A stretch of 62,833 nt of DNA, counting the filler, from Basidiobolus ranarum (Eukaryota), in assembly GCA_040143965.1 (NCBI GenBank). It is 4 parts of 4 records of this genome, joined end to end, with 100 filler letters (N's around TTAATTAATTAA, not from the genome) between each part and the next. Parts side by side here need not be neighbours in the genome. Positions count along the whole stretch, not along the records: positions 31,545 to 47,146 come from JASJQH010000372.1; positions 47,247 to 62,833 come from JASJQH010000373.1; 2 more parts are not named here. The stretch is one strand, 5' to 3'. Below are positions 34,060 to 47,965 of this stretch, in pieces. The notes below the pieces were generated by a model, which saw only the letters and a list, made by a program, of their open reading frames with translations, was not told where the DNA came from and ran no database searches. The first letter of the stretch is position 1. Every line of letters begins with the position of its first letter. The translations under genes and the position numbers were made by a program.

Positions 34060-35944
34060 AGCAGAATAAGACAAGGCGTGCTACAAAAGAAATGGATAAA
34101 GATATGGGAGAAAGAAAGAAAACAAATTGTCTTCAGGTTGAAAGGTGGTGTACATATAACTAAACGCGACGGGGGAATTGGATCTTTTCCAGGATAGAAA
34201 ACAACCCTATTGTTACTCCTCGGACATAGAAAACTCCTATATGTGGTGATGTCCAATCAACTATACACCTGATATAGGCGAATTTGTGTGACCATCATTC
34301 GAACTGTAGGTATATTGCATTCTTGATTGGGCTGAGCGGCAAATTCTGCACAACCTTAATGTAATAAATGAATAAAATGCTAACAAACAGTAGGGTTCAG
34401 ATGTATTAGTAAACTTGTATATATAAATTGCCTTGCAATCCATGCTATTACATTGGACACCAAATGAAAAGTCACACTAGGATCATTCCCTGACTTGCAG
34501 ATGAAGCATTAAGCGAATGCATACACGTAGAAGATCATTTCCAGGATGGCATATGCTGGGATGCATATCTCATACAAGCGAGGTGGATGGTTACAATGTA
34601 TCTATTGTGAGTAGCCGATCCTCAGCAGGCACTGGCGAGTGGACCAATATCTGCTTCACTCATAAACTGGCCATTGTCATACAGCATGAATCCACAACAA
34701 CCAGACATTGAAGTCATATTTGATTTTTGTTGATGGAGGAGCAAGCTTCCATTGATTGGAGTGAGTGGCATCATTTGCAATTGGTAGGCTAAGAATAGCG
34801 ACGCCATTTCTTTGAGTACTTGAGAATTAAGAAATAGGCGGATCCACATTGGGAGTGGATGACGAAATAACACCATTGCTATATCGTGTTTGGTATTCAA
34901 AGCCGCTGTCCATAGAATACGCCGCAACACCACTCTGAACATATATTACTTGGGAATGTAAGAAAGAAAGGTACGGCACTACCTGTTACTCCGCTTATGA
35001 AACCAAATCAAACCTGTCAACGGAACACCCATTCGCAAACATCGAAATCCTTCAGCGAAGGAACATTCAACCAAATCATCTAAGCCACGAGTCTCACTGG
35101 ATATAGTAATCTCTGCTATTAATACAACAGCTCACGTTTATGTACCATCCGCTTCTATTAATATTGGTGAAAGATTCCTATTTGTGTGGACATTCGCGCT
35201 CGACTTGAATAACTTTCCATCTTCTATTGCGAAAAAACGTCAACCAAGCATTATTATCCGATACAACACAAGTTTCAAGATTTGGGGAAATGCGATCTTC
35301 GACCAATTGTTGGTGTTTATCCTTGTCAATACCAGGAAATATTGTCAATCCATCACCGACGTTTACCTTGGTAACGCCTATCATTTGTGTGGGCTGTTCA
35401 AAATAGCCAACTATGGGTATCACCTAAGCCCTAACCCTATCAATACTGGATTCAAATTTTGAAGATAACGGTCCTCGTCAAGGGTGTATTGGTTCGGTTG
35501 AGTCCATTTGGCTGTATTTGTGCAATATTCATCTTGATGTACCTCAGAAATCGCCGCCAATAACTAGTATTATTATAAGTGGTGTTCCAACACGAGTTTA
35601 TGCATGGTCACTGGTAATGAACAGGTAATTTAATTGTAAGAAGCTTGTGGAACCCTACCAGATGAGTTTCCATCTGAAGCTAAATTTCAGAACACTTAGT
35701 GACGTAATGGGCCATGCGCCAGTGGTCACATGAATTTTGCTGACCAAAAGATGAAGATGCTTATAATGGGTTACAGTCAGATGAGGCCCGGTAACTACAG
35801 GTAGAGTGATGTTTTACAAAAAATCGGTTGGAAATTGCTTGCTAATTATCGTGATTTATTGATCTCCTTGTTTGGAATATTAATATCATTGATTATAGAG
35901 CAAGCTGTAAAGATACGCAGTATGAGATTATCTTTACTGAAGTA

Positions 35945-36349
35945 CAGTGAAGCTGGGAAATATTGGTTAATTTAGAAATTTAAATGGTGCTTTTAAAAAA
36001 ATATTGGTGAAAATGAAAAAAAGATTAGTTATTTTTAAAGTGACTTTAGTGAAAGGTTGTTGAGTACTGCTAAAGCTAATCTATTCCTAGAGAATTGCCG
36101 ATGCTTGCAAAAATGTACGTGTTAGTGATCTTCTTGGTCTTTGTAGCCACTCTAAGCGTCATTTCAGTTATTGTCGAGATAAAGTAGAGTTTAATGAATT
36201 ACTTAAATATCAGAAGTGCTCAATAAAGAATTTCAAAATAACCAATCATTTTTTTGTTTTTCACCAATACTTTTTTAATAAGCTCCAAATTATTGTTTGA
36301 AAATCACCATTTAAATTTCTAAATTAACCAATATTTCCCAGCTTCACTG
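35945..36349. mobile_element. Tc1/mariner-type MITE (405 bp)
   Basis: Perfect 45-bp TIRs CAGTGAAGCTGGGAAATATTGG..., TA on both flanks, imperfect internal inverted block, no ORF. Confidence 0.95.
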
Positions 36350-39300
36350 TATATAGTTAAGCACCCAAATAGTCTGGAATCAGGTTTATCACTCATACTC
36401 TAAATATCTCTATCAACGCATGACTAGGTATTTGGTTCCCCACATATTTGACTTGAGTAGATCTGGTTCACCCCTATATATCTGCCTCGTTTTCTTTTTG
36501 AACCCCACCTCATATTATCGAATATCTTCGGTGCTCAATTAAACTACCTAATCCATTTTGTGTGTTATTAGAATTAAAGTTTGGGCGAGCAAACAATATT
36601 GATGTGTGAGAAAACATATCTCATTGTATGCACTTCTAAGAGAAAGTATTGATTGACATCCTATGATATTTACATGCAACTGGCAATACATATGAAGGAA
36701 GAAGAATACTAAGGAATTTGGTGAAGCTGGCAACAACCATTATCAACAGTTGGTATTGAGCGTACTCCATTACTCTAGAAGCGATAAAGAGGACTTCTAT
36801 ACTTGGGGCACTAGCATGCTATCAAGAGGCAAGGTAAACACTATTTTAAAATATTTCTAGTGTCAGACATAAAACTAATTATTATGTGTGGTAATAATGT
36901 TAGTATGTGAATGAACTACAAGCTCTTCAGCCTATTAGAAACAATAGAGGATTTGTCGCTACTAGTTTAGTGAGTTGAATTTATAAATTAGTAAGCTGAT
37001 GCTTGATACAATTTTGTGACAGTAGCAATGCATGTTTAGGGTGTTAGGGAAATTAGAGTGATTGAGAAAGCCCGCAATTCTCTAGCTTGCCCAAAACTTT
37101 GCGAGATTATACTCGAAAACTCGGATGCCAAGACATATGATTAAGTTTAGATACTAAACATTTTACAATACATGATTGACTTAGCTAGGTATACAACAAC
37201 TCATTATTTAGTAATTGGATTAGTTATATTCTGATTAATTAGCACTCCATTTAGGCATGCAAAAACTTAACATTATTGCTCTAATTGATAGATATATCAA
37301 TTGGATTACTTTTACCAATTTTCATCATTTTCTCAAAACTTCTTCAAACCATCTCAAATTTTCACCCATGCTTGACAAGCGTTTGCTATGGCCTGAAATC
37401 ATCCAATAGCTCTGTTTGATAGTGAACTATAAATAGAGCATATTCAATTCAGTAAATGTTAAGTGTCTAATTCAATATTCCAATTCTTGTCCAGAACACT
37501 ACAATCCTCTAAGCATTTTCAACATGATCTACTATACGAATAACTTGTTTCATTATATTTTATATATAGAACTGGATAAGGTATTCTAACCTTTAGCACA
37601 ATCGGTTTCAACCAACTGTAATATATTGCATTAAGCCAAGTTTTGATACCCTCTGACCTGATGGAAAAAATCTATACTAATGGCTAAATTATTTAGGATG
37701 TTGGTAGGGGCAAGTATCATGCATCATTGTAGTGTGGACTACACCTTTATCTTTGAGTGACAGTTGTTAACACCAACAACAATCACGGATTACTTCATCA
37801 GAGTGCTATTTTTTCTTGGAAAATGTCTGGCCAAGCCAGTATAAGGATCAGCAGTAACAAGGTTAAGCAATATCTGATATTCTGGGGGTTACCCGGCCTT
37901 TGAGAAAATCGTATCTAAGCCACTAAATTTAATGTAACCTCGATTTAGTAATTAGCATGTATCATCGCGGATATATGATCGTGGAATATAGAATTTCCAT
38001 TTTTTTAGTGACGTTTACCAGATGCTAGAGCTATAAAGTTCAGTGACTGGTATTCCAGTTAGCTTAACATCAATGAACCTTTGTCTATAAAAATAGATGG
38101 CCAGGCTCAACAAGCTCCCTTCTAATTCGTTGGTAGTGTCCAGGCTAACTCATCAGCACTCTCTTTCCTTATGGTTTTAAGGTGGGCTATATACCATTGG
38201 ACAAATAGGAAGTTCAAACTAACGTGCTGGGTAATCGAATTCTGATATGGCAAGAGAAATTGAATACTGAAAATGCTCAAGATAGAAGGCGGGCCGAGAA
38301 GAAGTTGGTATAGTCATATTTCGGCAAGTAGTACTGGTTTTTTAATCAAGACAGCGGCTATAAGGGGCAAGATATGGTTTATGCTATCAAGATGATATAT
38401 AGTGCTTTCTCGTAAAGAAATTAGATATATCTGCGAGGAAAGCGCAGTCTGTGGAGGAATACTTCGACATGACCTACGTACTCTCTGCTTTGTTCGAAAT
38501 ACTTGTCTCTTAATATTCCGCTCCTTCTGTGGAGGAGAAACTAAATGCATCGCCTTGGTAGCTTGTTAATTCTGGAAATTAGTAATGTGTTTGGTGAGGA
38601 CCTCGTTATGGTAATGAAAGAGGAGGAGATGGTTCTACTAATAAATCCGTAGCTGCTGTTTCAAATACTACGCCTAGCTTTGTGAAGACATCAGACTTTG
38701 CTAGATGTAAAGGTAGGCCTCAGTAACAACGCTGTAATTAATGCCAGTCTCCTGATGGCGAGAATGAAACATGTCACAAATTATAATTCTCAACAATTTC
38801 AACAGTCGAGATATTGACTTGTTACACTATTTTTTCTGGCTGCAGCTAATGAATGTCGGTCTTTCTAGACCCTATCCTTGAGCGGCTCAACATCCAAACC
38901 CTAATATCACTAAGTCACATAGCTGTGGTCATCACACCATTTGCTTTTTTTACCATTTACAGGCTGGCAACAATTTCATCTCCACTAGCTAGCCAATAAA
39001 AACATTTTAGTATGAATCAACAGTGCCAACTCTCGACAATGGTTGGAGGAGTCAGCTTCGATCCGTATTCGTATTTATATTTATGTTATTATAGCAGATC
39101 GATTTAAACAAGATGCCGCACGTCTTTTTTTGGCGGTTATCATGAGTTTCGAGTACAGGCAACAGTGGTCAAACAGCGGTTGATTAGTATTGGTGGCTTA
39201 GTATGTACTGGAACGAATGCAATCATGGCTTGTAAAGAGCATATTCATCCTGCCACCTTTTGTCTTTATTAAGACTGTACCTCAAGTCTTCTCGGTGAGC

Positions 39301-40425
39301 AGATATCGTAAAATTGGATAGTGGGAGTGCCATGGCCCATAATTTCGAAAAAGTTTGTCGGCCGTATAGCTCTTCACTACAAGATTTAATCATAATATGA
39401 AAATCAGCAGTCATAGTGAAGCGTGCTTTATTGAACTTGGAGTATTTAAAGTAAATAATTTGCCCATCACTATTATAGCTACAATATTTATCAACATGCG
39501 TTTCTTGGAGGCATTTCATGGATATGATAGTGCTGTGAAATTTACTTTCTCTTTAAATGTACTGTTTTGGACAGCAGAAAACCTTTACCTTGCTATACGA
39601 TTCTGCTCAACTTAGTACTGCGAAAGCTGTCTGAGGAATTAGACTCTACAATACCAGACAAGTAAGCAAAAGACCAGTGTGGACATTGAATACTTTTGCA
39701 CGATGTAAGAGCCTATTGGTGTTTAAATCCCTCGGCCTTTTCCAACAATGTTGACCAACTTTACAACTACTAGTAGGCTAATGCTATCATAATATTTGCA
39801 CAGATAACTAGGCCCATTTAATAAAGCTCTTAAAGAACAATACTAGTGGTAACAGTCTACACCGATTTTAAACGTAGACGCGCTTTCTTTACCTCTCGAA
39901 TACATCGAGCCCATATTCGGGAGCCTTCAGTTCAGTGCAAAGAATCGAAAATTTTCACGCCCATACGTATTTCATTACTATCACAGTTTGTAGCATTGAT
40001 TTGGTTCAATCTCGTGCTATAATAAATGCAAGATATGAGAAAATAACCACATCTGACTTGATTGGGGGATAAGAACTCGCTGAACATTCGCTGTCGTATT
40101 TGTGATTGAGCATGTTTCGTGTACACTAGCTCCTGTATGGTGCATCGATATTTCGATGGTTTTTCATGAACAATAAGCTATATTTAAGCCCACTTCTAAG
40201 CTTTACCTCGATAATTGACTCAGAATATGTGTGGATCCCCTCTATATTGCGTTCTTAAACTTCATCACTTGACTTTTCTAAGATCGATCCCAACGCTTTA
40301 CAAGTCCTGTAACTCAGGGTGGCCAATGTTTATACTACTTGTATGAAAACCCCGCATTTTTTTCACCTTTATAGCACAACATCAGTATTTCTTACTTGGC
40401 CCGCAACGTTATTTCCTTTACTATA

Positions 40426-41491
40426 ATGTTTTCGAGATTGTCTCAAGTCCAAAGAAGAGCTTGGAATTTGAAACTCCAGGTATATTTGTCAACTTAATGA
40501 CAGTCACATATTCGTCATCCTAGGAATTTCCAAACTAAAACTGGCTTACTTTTGCAGACTCGTGCCTTTACAAGTGGAGCTTTTTTGAAGTCAACGGTAA
40601 GTATTTTACGCAAATCCCTACTATATTTTCCCAAAGTAGCTTCAAGTAGCTAATATATCTTCTCTATAGACTTCGCCTAGCAACTCCGCAATGATTGCAG
40701 CTGGAGTCGGTGGCGCAGGTCTTGGAATTTACCTTCATTTCAACAGTACTATCTACTCTGACGCTGCTGACGAAGGGCTTCATCCTCCTTCATATCCTTG
40801 GGTGCATAATAGTCCCTTTAGCACTTTCGACCACGCCAGTATCAGGCGTGGCTACCAGGTTTATCAAGAGGTGTGCGCAGCATGCCATTCCCTGGATCTT
40901 ATTGCCTATCGTAATCTGGTGGGTGTCTCGCATTCTGAAGACGAGGTCAAAGCCATTGCAGAAGCAATTGAAGTTGAAGATGGCCCTAATGATATTGGTG
41001 ACATGTTTACAAGACCTGGAAAGCCATCAGACTATTTGCCCCGCCCATATCCCAATGAGGAAGCAGCCAGAGCCGCCAACGCTGGTGCCTATCCACCAGA
41101 CCTTAGTCTAATTGTTAAAGGTAGACATGGTGGTGGGGACTATATTTTTTCACTCCTTACAGGCTATTATGACCCTCCACCAGGTATCGAAGTGAAGGAA
41201 GGTCTATATTACAATCCCTACTTCCCTGGAGGGTCCATTGCGATGGCGCGCGCCTTGTATGATGGCATTGTCGAATATGAAGATGGGACACCGGCCACTA
41301 CCTCCCAAATGGCTAAGGATGTAGTCTCCTTCCTCTCTTGGGCGTCTGAACCGGAACATGATGAACGCAAAAAGCTTGGCTTGAAAGCAGTTTCACTTCT
41401 TACTGGCTTGTTTGTCATATCAATCTGGTTGAAAAGATACAAATGGTCTCCTCTCAAGAACCGAAAAATCATTTACAATCTACCCAAGTAG
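40426..41491 (+). CDS. CYT1: Cytochrome c1, mitochondrial (2 introns in the presequence)
   Basis: [39 protein letters not shown]; exon 1 [11 protein letters not shown]. Confidence 0.98.
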
Positions 41492-41782
41492 ATACCTGCT
41501 CTATGTCATTCAACTAACTGCGAATAAAACCATCAATTTATTCTAAAGAATTCCAATTGTGTTTGCATTCTGTCTACAAACATGGCTGATTTTTGGTATA
41601 GACGAAACAAAATTCGGTCTATAGCAATATGCTACAAGAGAACAAAGTGCTCTTATATTACTCGAATATAGGTGTATTTCTAACTTGAACTAAGTTATAG
41701 ACAACATTTGAAGAATCAATATTAGTGTTGTATAAGAGAAACAAGAAATTGCGATTGAACATGACAAGAGAAAGGAGAGGAT

Positions 41783-42358
41783 TCAATCTTTTTCGAGATT
41801 AATTGATTTGCCGAACTTCGCGTAAAGTATCACTTTGAGTTTATCCATTTGATCAGAGATATCGTCCATCTCAGTTTTCAATTGACCCACCTCCTTCTTG
41901 AGACCATCTTGTTCCTTACTCAGACGCTTCTGCGCATCTTCTAAACCCAAAGAGATGTAAGCGTCACCAACACGATACCTTTGTGAATAGACTTTGATAA
42001 ATGAACAGAACTCCTTTGGAAAAAATCAGAAAGGCTTTACATAACAGGTTCTTCCTCATCGGCCAATTCCAACTCGGTTTCAAGATCTTCAAGATATTCT
42101 AGTTCAGTCTACTGTATGTCAACAAAAGGCGAAAGATGCACAACAAATACTGGGAGAATACCTTTTTCGTTTCGTAAGTATCTTCCATATCATTAAGACG
42201 AGCATTCAAACGACTGAATGTATTGATTTTTTGCTGGTCTTCGTAGTTAACTTCAACATCAGCCTCTTCATCTTCTTTAAGCTAAAAGATAGAGTCTGTT
42301 AGAAAAATGGGTATTTGATAAGTACTATGCCAAGTACTATGCTACTCACCAAACGCAT
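41783..42358 (-). CDS. GIM3: Prefoldin subunit 4 (4 exons)
   Basis: MRL|LKEDEEADVEVNYEDQQKINTFSRLN...YRVGDAY...LKVILYAKFGKSINLE. Confidence 0.95.
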
Positions 42359-45232
42359 GCTTTAGGTCTGTCAAGTTTGTGAGTAACAAATCCTTGAAGC
42401 CCAAGAACCGTAGACATTTTTACTCGATTATTTGAATTTCTCAATCGTAGACACTCATTCTGATCTTTCGACTAAGATCCTCATTAAACAACCAAGTCAA
42501 TGCGAATGATTGAGTAAAAATTCCTTTGATGATTATTCTAGATTAGGCAGCAGGGCTCACTAATATCCTTGAAACGCTCATCTGCAAACGTTGCCATTGG
42601 CCCATTTGGCATTCAAGCTGACTAGGTCCCCAAATGGCAGGAAATTGATTCTAATTGTCAGAGGCATGCCATGTCATCAAACAAGTCTCATTGACTAGCT
42701 GGTGGTGATTAGATCTGCCTTGGGGACTGGATTCTATGAGGAAGGACAAGCTTGATTTGGACAGGATCTAGGTGGGCATCTACTCGAGAGGAGGGCTGCT
42801 GAGGTTGATTGAAAGTTAATTCGACATCAAACTCAACTCCCCAGGCGAGCTCGATGTCCTGGGTTCACTGATCATTATTTGCATCGAGTGGCGGTTTTAC
42901 AGGTTTTCAGTCAAGCTGATCCTTTGCTTCATTCCCAAACACAACTCAATTGGTGAGCGTCATGCAGGTTAGTCTCGTTCTGACCAGTAGCAGAGGAGCG
43001 GAGGTTATGGCCCATTTGGGGAGAGCGCTCCTGTTCTTGATTAAATCTTGGGGAAAGGAACTGGAGATTTAGGAAGTATTCATGCTCAATTACTGCTTAT
43101 GCAGCAATGCACATGGGATACCTGTGTTGGTGATGTCTCGAATACACTGAAGTAATTGGTCGAGCTGTACAAGACGTCATGGCTAATACTCTGTAGTCAC
43201 GGCTGTGTATCAACTAATTGAGGAATTCAAAACAGCAGCTGTTGCGTGATGTTCCAGAATTGACTGGTGCACACCATCCTGGGGATGAATCATGATGACT
43301 TCGGTCGAGAATCAAAAGCAATGCGCCAGACCTAAGTCAATAACTGGGCACCAGCTCGTAGAATGTTTACACTTTTTCATCAATGTTTAATTGCCTTTGA
43401 ATCCTGCTTTCTGTACGTGGCTACTGATTTATGCAATCGCAGCAAACCTGATTGACACGCGTATGCGTACGAATTCTAGTATGGCTTCCTTCTACATGAA
43501 ATACATGCTTGCGCTGGCCCTTTTGTGGATAGCGCGTTGTCATGGAACACCACTCCATCATGCAATCCTTTGTACTCAACGAGCTGAGGCTAATCAACCC
43601 TGGTTGGATCTCAGTGCTAGGTCTGTTCTCATACCATTGCGCGATGAACGCCACTTTGCCAAAGCAAAGCACAGCTACCCCAGCACTAGTTCCGTCAGTT
43701 GGCAGAGCTTGTCTGACAAGAATAGTCGGATATATTGGCTCTTGACTCGAAGATATTGGAGTCTATGAATAACATGGGTAATACTGATTTCTTTGTAATC
43801 AAGCTGAGGTGATTGAAAAGTCAGTGTTCTGCCACATCAGTCAATCTGTGTAGTTGCTGTGTTGCTGTTCCAATAAATCCTGTTTAGTAGAGTTTGTCAC
43901 ACTTCAGAAGATCTCCCAGTAGCCTAAATTCTGATAGGGAGAGGAGCAGCCTTCGAGTAACTAATGGGATTTGGCGGCTGAACAATAAGCCAGTATTACT
44001 AATGGCTAGCGCACTCTCTGGCGTCCTAGCTGGCTTCTCTAATCTACAGATGAAACCTCTAGTGGGCTCTTGGTTTCGTTTAATGAACACTTAGAGCTGT
44101 GATAGAAGCTCATTTAGTTGACGCCAATTCCGCAGACTAATAAATGGGAATAAATGAGTCGATTTATGCTACAGGAATGTTTTGCAACTAATGGGTTGAT
44201 CAAATTGAACTTTAGAGCTCTTATTTGGCACTGATTGTACTTCGAAACCTGCGGTAATCACTAGATACTAGAAATACCATTAACTCTCAGATCAAGTTTG
44301 GTATGATTCGTTCCAAGGACGCCGCTTCTTGATTTGGACAAATATGGATTAAAAACCATCTGAGCTTAAGATAGTATCGATTTGAGCCGAGTTGGCTAGA
44401 ATTCCCATTTATGAATCTGAGTCGTCATTTATCATCACAAAGCGCACGTTAAAAATAGATCCATACAAGATGTAAATAACCCTCGTTTCCAACGCTAAAC
44501 TTACCTACGATTTCTGGTGGTTTCCTGAGGTTGGGCATTTGTCACACCTTATGCTCTTCATTTACTATTTCCAACAACAATGACCTCCTGCTACTATTTT
44601 AGAATCTCGGGTGTTCAGCCTGCGGTGTTTTCAAAACAGATTGCAGCAAAGTTTATTCCAATTCTCTTTATTTGTTCGACAGATGCTGCGGGTCCTCTGG
44701 CATATGCCGCCCTCTTGGCATCATCAATTTTAGCTGAATGATGATTGAGCCAGAATTCTTTTTGTTGATTGAGAGAGTCTCCGCCAGTTAGATTAGTAGC
44801 AAGTGCTATCTATAGATGTAACCAAGGCATCATATTCTGGAAAATAGCAACTTTCTCCGTAGGATCGGAACATCACGCTTACTCAGTACCATTCGTATCG
44901 CATAATGATCGGGTTTACATGTTCTGAACATAACGTAAATGACATACATCACCACTCCTGTTATTATGAATCTTGTACCACCAGCTTGTATTCAAGCTTC
45001 TGATCTTAGCTCTATCATTCTATTGGGCTTTCCTTGAGCATAGCAGGATTTCAACAGATTTGGAAGGTCCTTGTTGTATTTGTTTTTCGGTGGCACCCAA
45101 ATGGTTTGAATAAAAGGCCGTCTGCTGTTCCTAGAGCACCTGTTCCTGTTCCTCTCTTGTTCTCCTTTACCTTCCTTGAGTTTATTTACGATATAATTAT
45201 TTGAGCACTTTAAACTTGATCCATCCTTCAGT

Positions 45233-46105
45233 ATGGAATGCAAAAAAACACTGTCCTCTTTGAGACCAGATATCCTTCGGCTGGCCCTTTCCATTCTCTT
45301 CATCATCTTCATCGTTTATCATATGTTCCTGGTGCAGCTACTGTCTGATCAACGGTGGACAGCGTCAAGAATTCAAGAACCACTGAGTGACCTCGGCTTC
45401 TCTACAGTACCAACATTGACGCGAGAGTGGGTTCCTGACTTTTTTGTCCTCTCTCTTCTTACTGTTACCCTCTCAAGTCTGATGTATCTGGCCCGCACAT
45501 GGCTGGAAGCTATTGTGATACTTCGACGCTTCGTTTGGCTGACTGGAACCCTTTATTTACTTCGCTCAGTCACTATTATCGTGACCACCCTTCCTTGCCC
45601 TAGAGATTGTCAACCAGTCCAAATCGAGACCTTCAGAGAATTTCTTTGGGTAGGGCTTACAATGATGGTAGGGCTGTACAAAACATGCTCTGATAACATA
45701 TTCTCGGGACACACCATGATCATTGTTTCCTGCATGACTATGTGGAGTATTTATGGGCGCAAGAAATGGGCTATCGCTTGCGCCTATGCCCATGGAATAA
45801 TTGGTATCTTAACCATTATAGCTACTCGCATGCACTATACTATCGACATATTTCTTGCCGTATTACTTACGTACGGGCTGTATTCTTTCTACTTCTCGTG
45901 CGTGAACGAGGCCTCTCAAAGAATGGCGCCCACTCTTATTAGCTTAGATGGTACCAAGGGGAGTAATGAAGCTAGCCACAAGTCTCTCGTTATGATGGAG
46001 AACAAGCTAAACTCCATTCTCTTGGATATTGTGGTGTGGGTTGATGGTCTAGATCTCCGCTTGAACGCCAACTCGTCCGTTTATCTACCGGTCTCAAATT
46101 GTTGA
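45233..46105 (+). CDS. Sphingomyelin synthase-like / PAP2_C phosphosphingolipid synthase
   Basis: PLSDLGF, LRSVTIIVTTLP, CSDNIFSGHT, HYTIDI motifs; about 6 TM segments. Confidence 0.88.
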   Translation: MECKKTLSSLRPDILRLALSILFIIFIVYHMFLVQLLSDQRWTASRIQEPLSDLGFSTVPTLTREWVPDFFVLSLLTVTLSSLMYLARTWLEAIVILRRFVWLTGTLYLLRSVTIIVTTLPCPRDCQPVQIETFREFLWVGLTMMVGLYKTCSDNIFSGHTMIIVSCMTMWSIYGRKKWAIACAYAHGIIGILTIIATRMHYTIDIFLAVLLTYGLYSFYFSCVNEASQRMAPTLISLDGTKGSNEASHKSLVMMENKLNSILLDIVVWVDGLDLRLNANSSVYLPVSNC

Positions 46106-46729
46106 ATGTAATGGAACTGATTGACCCTTGGTTGATTTACAATTTTGAAAATGTCTCCAGGGAAACTACGCCTACGTTTATGAGCAACTAGATTTGATAA
46201 CTAAACGCACTTTAATATTTTCTAATTCTAATACTCTTGAAGTTGACTCTGATAGCGTTGCCCTCCTTACGTTTCGAACTGGTTTGGTTCTTCATCGGTT
46301 AGCTGCCTTTATTTCACTAAAGCAGGAACACCCTTTGCCATGTTTTTTACCTGTACAAAAGTCTTCATCCTCTATCCAATGGTTAGAGCCTCACATGATA
46401 GAAACCAGCATTATTTCGAATTGTGTAAACCTCGACAAATATTGATAAAGTATTCTTAATTTAGTACAACATATTGTGAACCCACAGATAGACAAAATGT
46501 CATTTATGGAACCAGCACAGTTTCCATTTCTGGAAGGTTACATTTCATTGGTCACTTTAAATATTCTTTATCAAACCTCATCAAGATTCTATTGGCAAAC
46601 TTAAATTTCATTATCATCCCGGAATTGATGGTCTCTGGTCTTAGTTTTAATATGGATAATTTGGATGGTGTAGGTTGTACGGTAGGAGCTATGGCTACAC
46701 GTGAGATCTTGTTGGGGGTTTGACCAATG

Positions 46730-46900
46730 GATTAGCTGGTTTTAATGAGATCAATACGACCTGGGGCCAAATCAGCACTCAAAGTCATACTCACGGCTTG
46801 TGCTACATTCAATTTGGTTGGGTTCATTTGGATCCCCAAATATTGTAATGGTTTGTGGTAATTAGTATCTCTCATATACTTCTAACATCCCTCGGGTAGA
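46730..46900 (-). mobile_element. Possible Ty3/gypsy RNase H remnant
   Basis: NYHKPLQYLGIQMNPTKLNVAQA resembles TDHKPL.YL...KLN.RQARW. Confidence 0.35.
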
Positions 46901-47146
46901 CCCATTATGGGAGTTACTAAGTACTTTATACGTATTTCAAGGTACAATCTTTACCCTAACCCTTTTCATTACTTACTGAAGACACAGCCAGCGTCCAATG
47001 GCATTCGGTCCTAGATACCTGGGTGATGAAGCATGTGAGCTGATCCTGTATCGATGAAGGGCATGAAGGGATCTTGACATTTGCGGATAACTTCGAGCGT
47101 TCTAAATACATCCAGACTATTCAGAAGAGTGACCTGTTATAGATTA

Positions 47147-47246
47147 NNNNNNNNNNNNNNNNNNNNNNNNNNNNNNNNNNNNNNNNNNNNTTAATTAATT
47201 AANNNNNNNNNNNNNNNNNNNNNNNNNNNNNNNNNNNNNNNNNNNN
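47147..47246. other. Artificial contig linker
   Basis: Same 100-nt N/TTAATTAATTAA spacer. Confidence 0.97.
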
Positions 47247-47965
47247 GTGGAATGAGATTGACTTAGAGATTCTATTACTGATTACCAACCTCCCCAATCA
47301 AAATTCATTTTATTGTTTATCACATATTGATTTGAAAGATAGTTATTATTCTCCCCCCAAATTCTTCCCCTTTGGAAAAATCCGATGATTTTAATGCTCT
47401 GGACTCTACTAATAATTGTCCAAAAAAATTATCGTAGTATTGGTATCCTGATTGATTCTTGAGGAATTCGGTTTAAATTGTTATTTATATATTTGGTAGT
47501 ACCAAGTAGAGTCACCACACAACTATCCATGTGTGAAATAGTTGTGTCCTTGAGCTTTCCTCCAATCATTCAGGAATAATTGGTAACCAATAGACGCTCG
47601 TTTCCAGTCTCTGATCAATAAAAGCAGTGTGATCGAGTCCACCAATGGAGTACATGATTATGTTAGTCAGAGTGATAAAGTGGAATTCCAGAATGGTTCA
47701 TGTTTTTGGTATTGATTAATCAAGTTGTAACTAATTCAATTTTGATCAATCAATTATTTGGTTTGATCGACTCTAACAAGAGGCGTATGCACGGATTTTT
47801 GGGATATTCGTATTACCTTAGAAATGGCATCTAATTCTAACCAATGAAATCATACGAATGAATTAAGCTGACAATAATATCAATTACGTATGAACTTTAA
47901 CTAAATTACTCTTTCCACCAGTCAAACATTAAAACCCTCACGCTTCAAAGTATTCCTTGCTCAAT

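Noticed and set aside
37140-37475. Partial inverted matches suggesting an old MITE
   Set aside because: Short AT-rich matches only; no definable TIR or TSD
39223-39519. Faint Polinton polB-like motif (IYFK...TADFH)
   Set aside because: Single weak motif with no supporting neighbours
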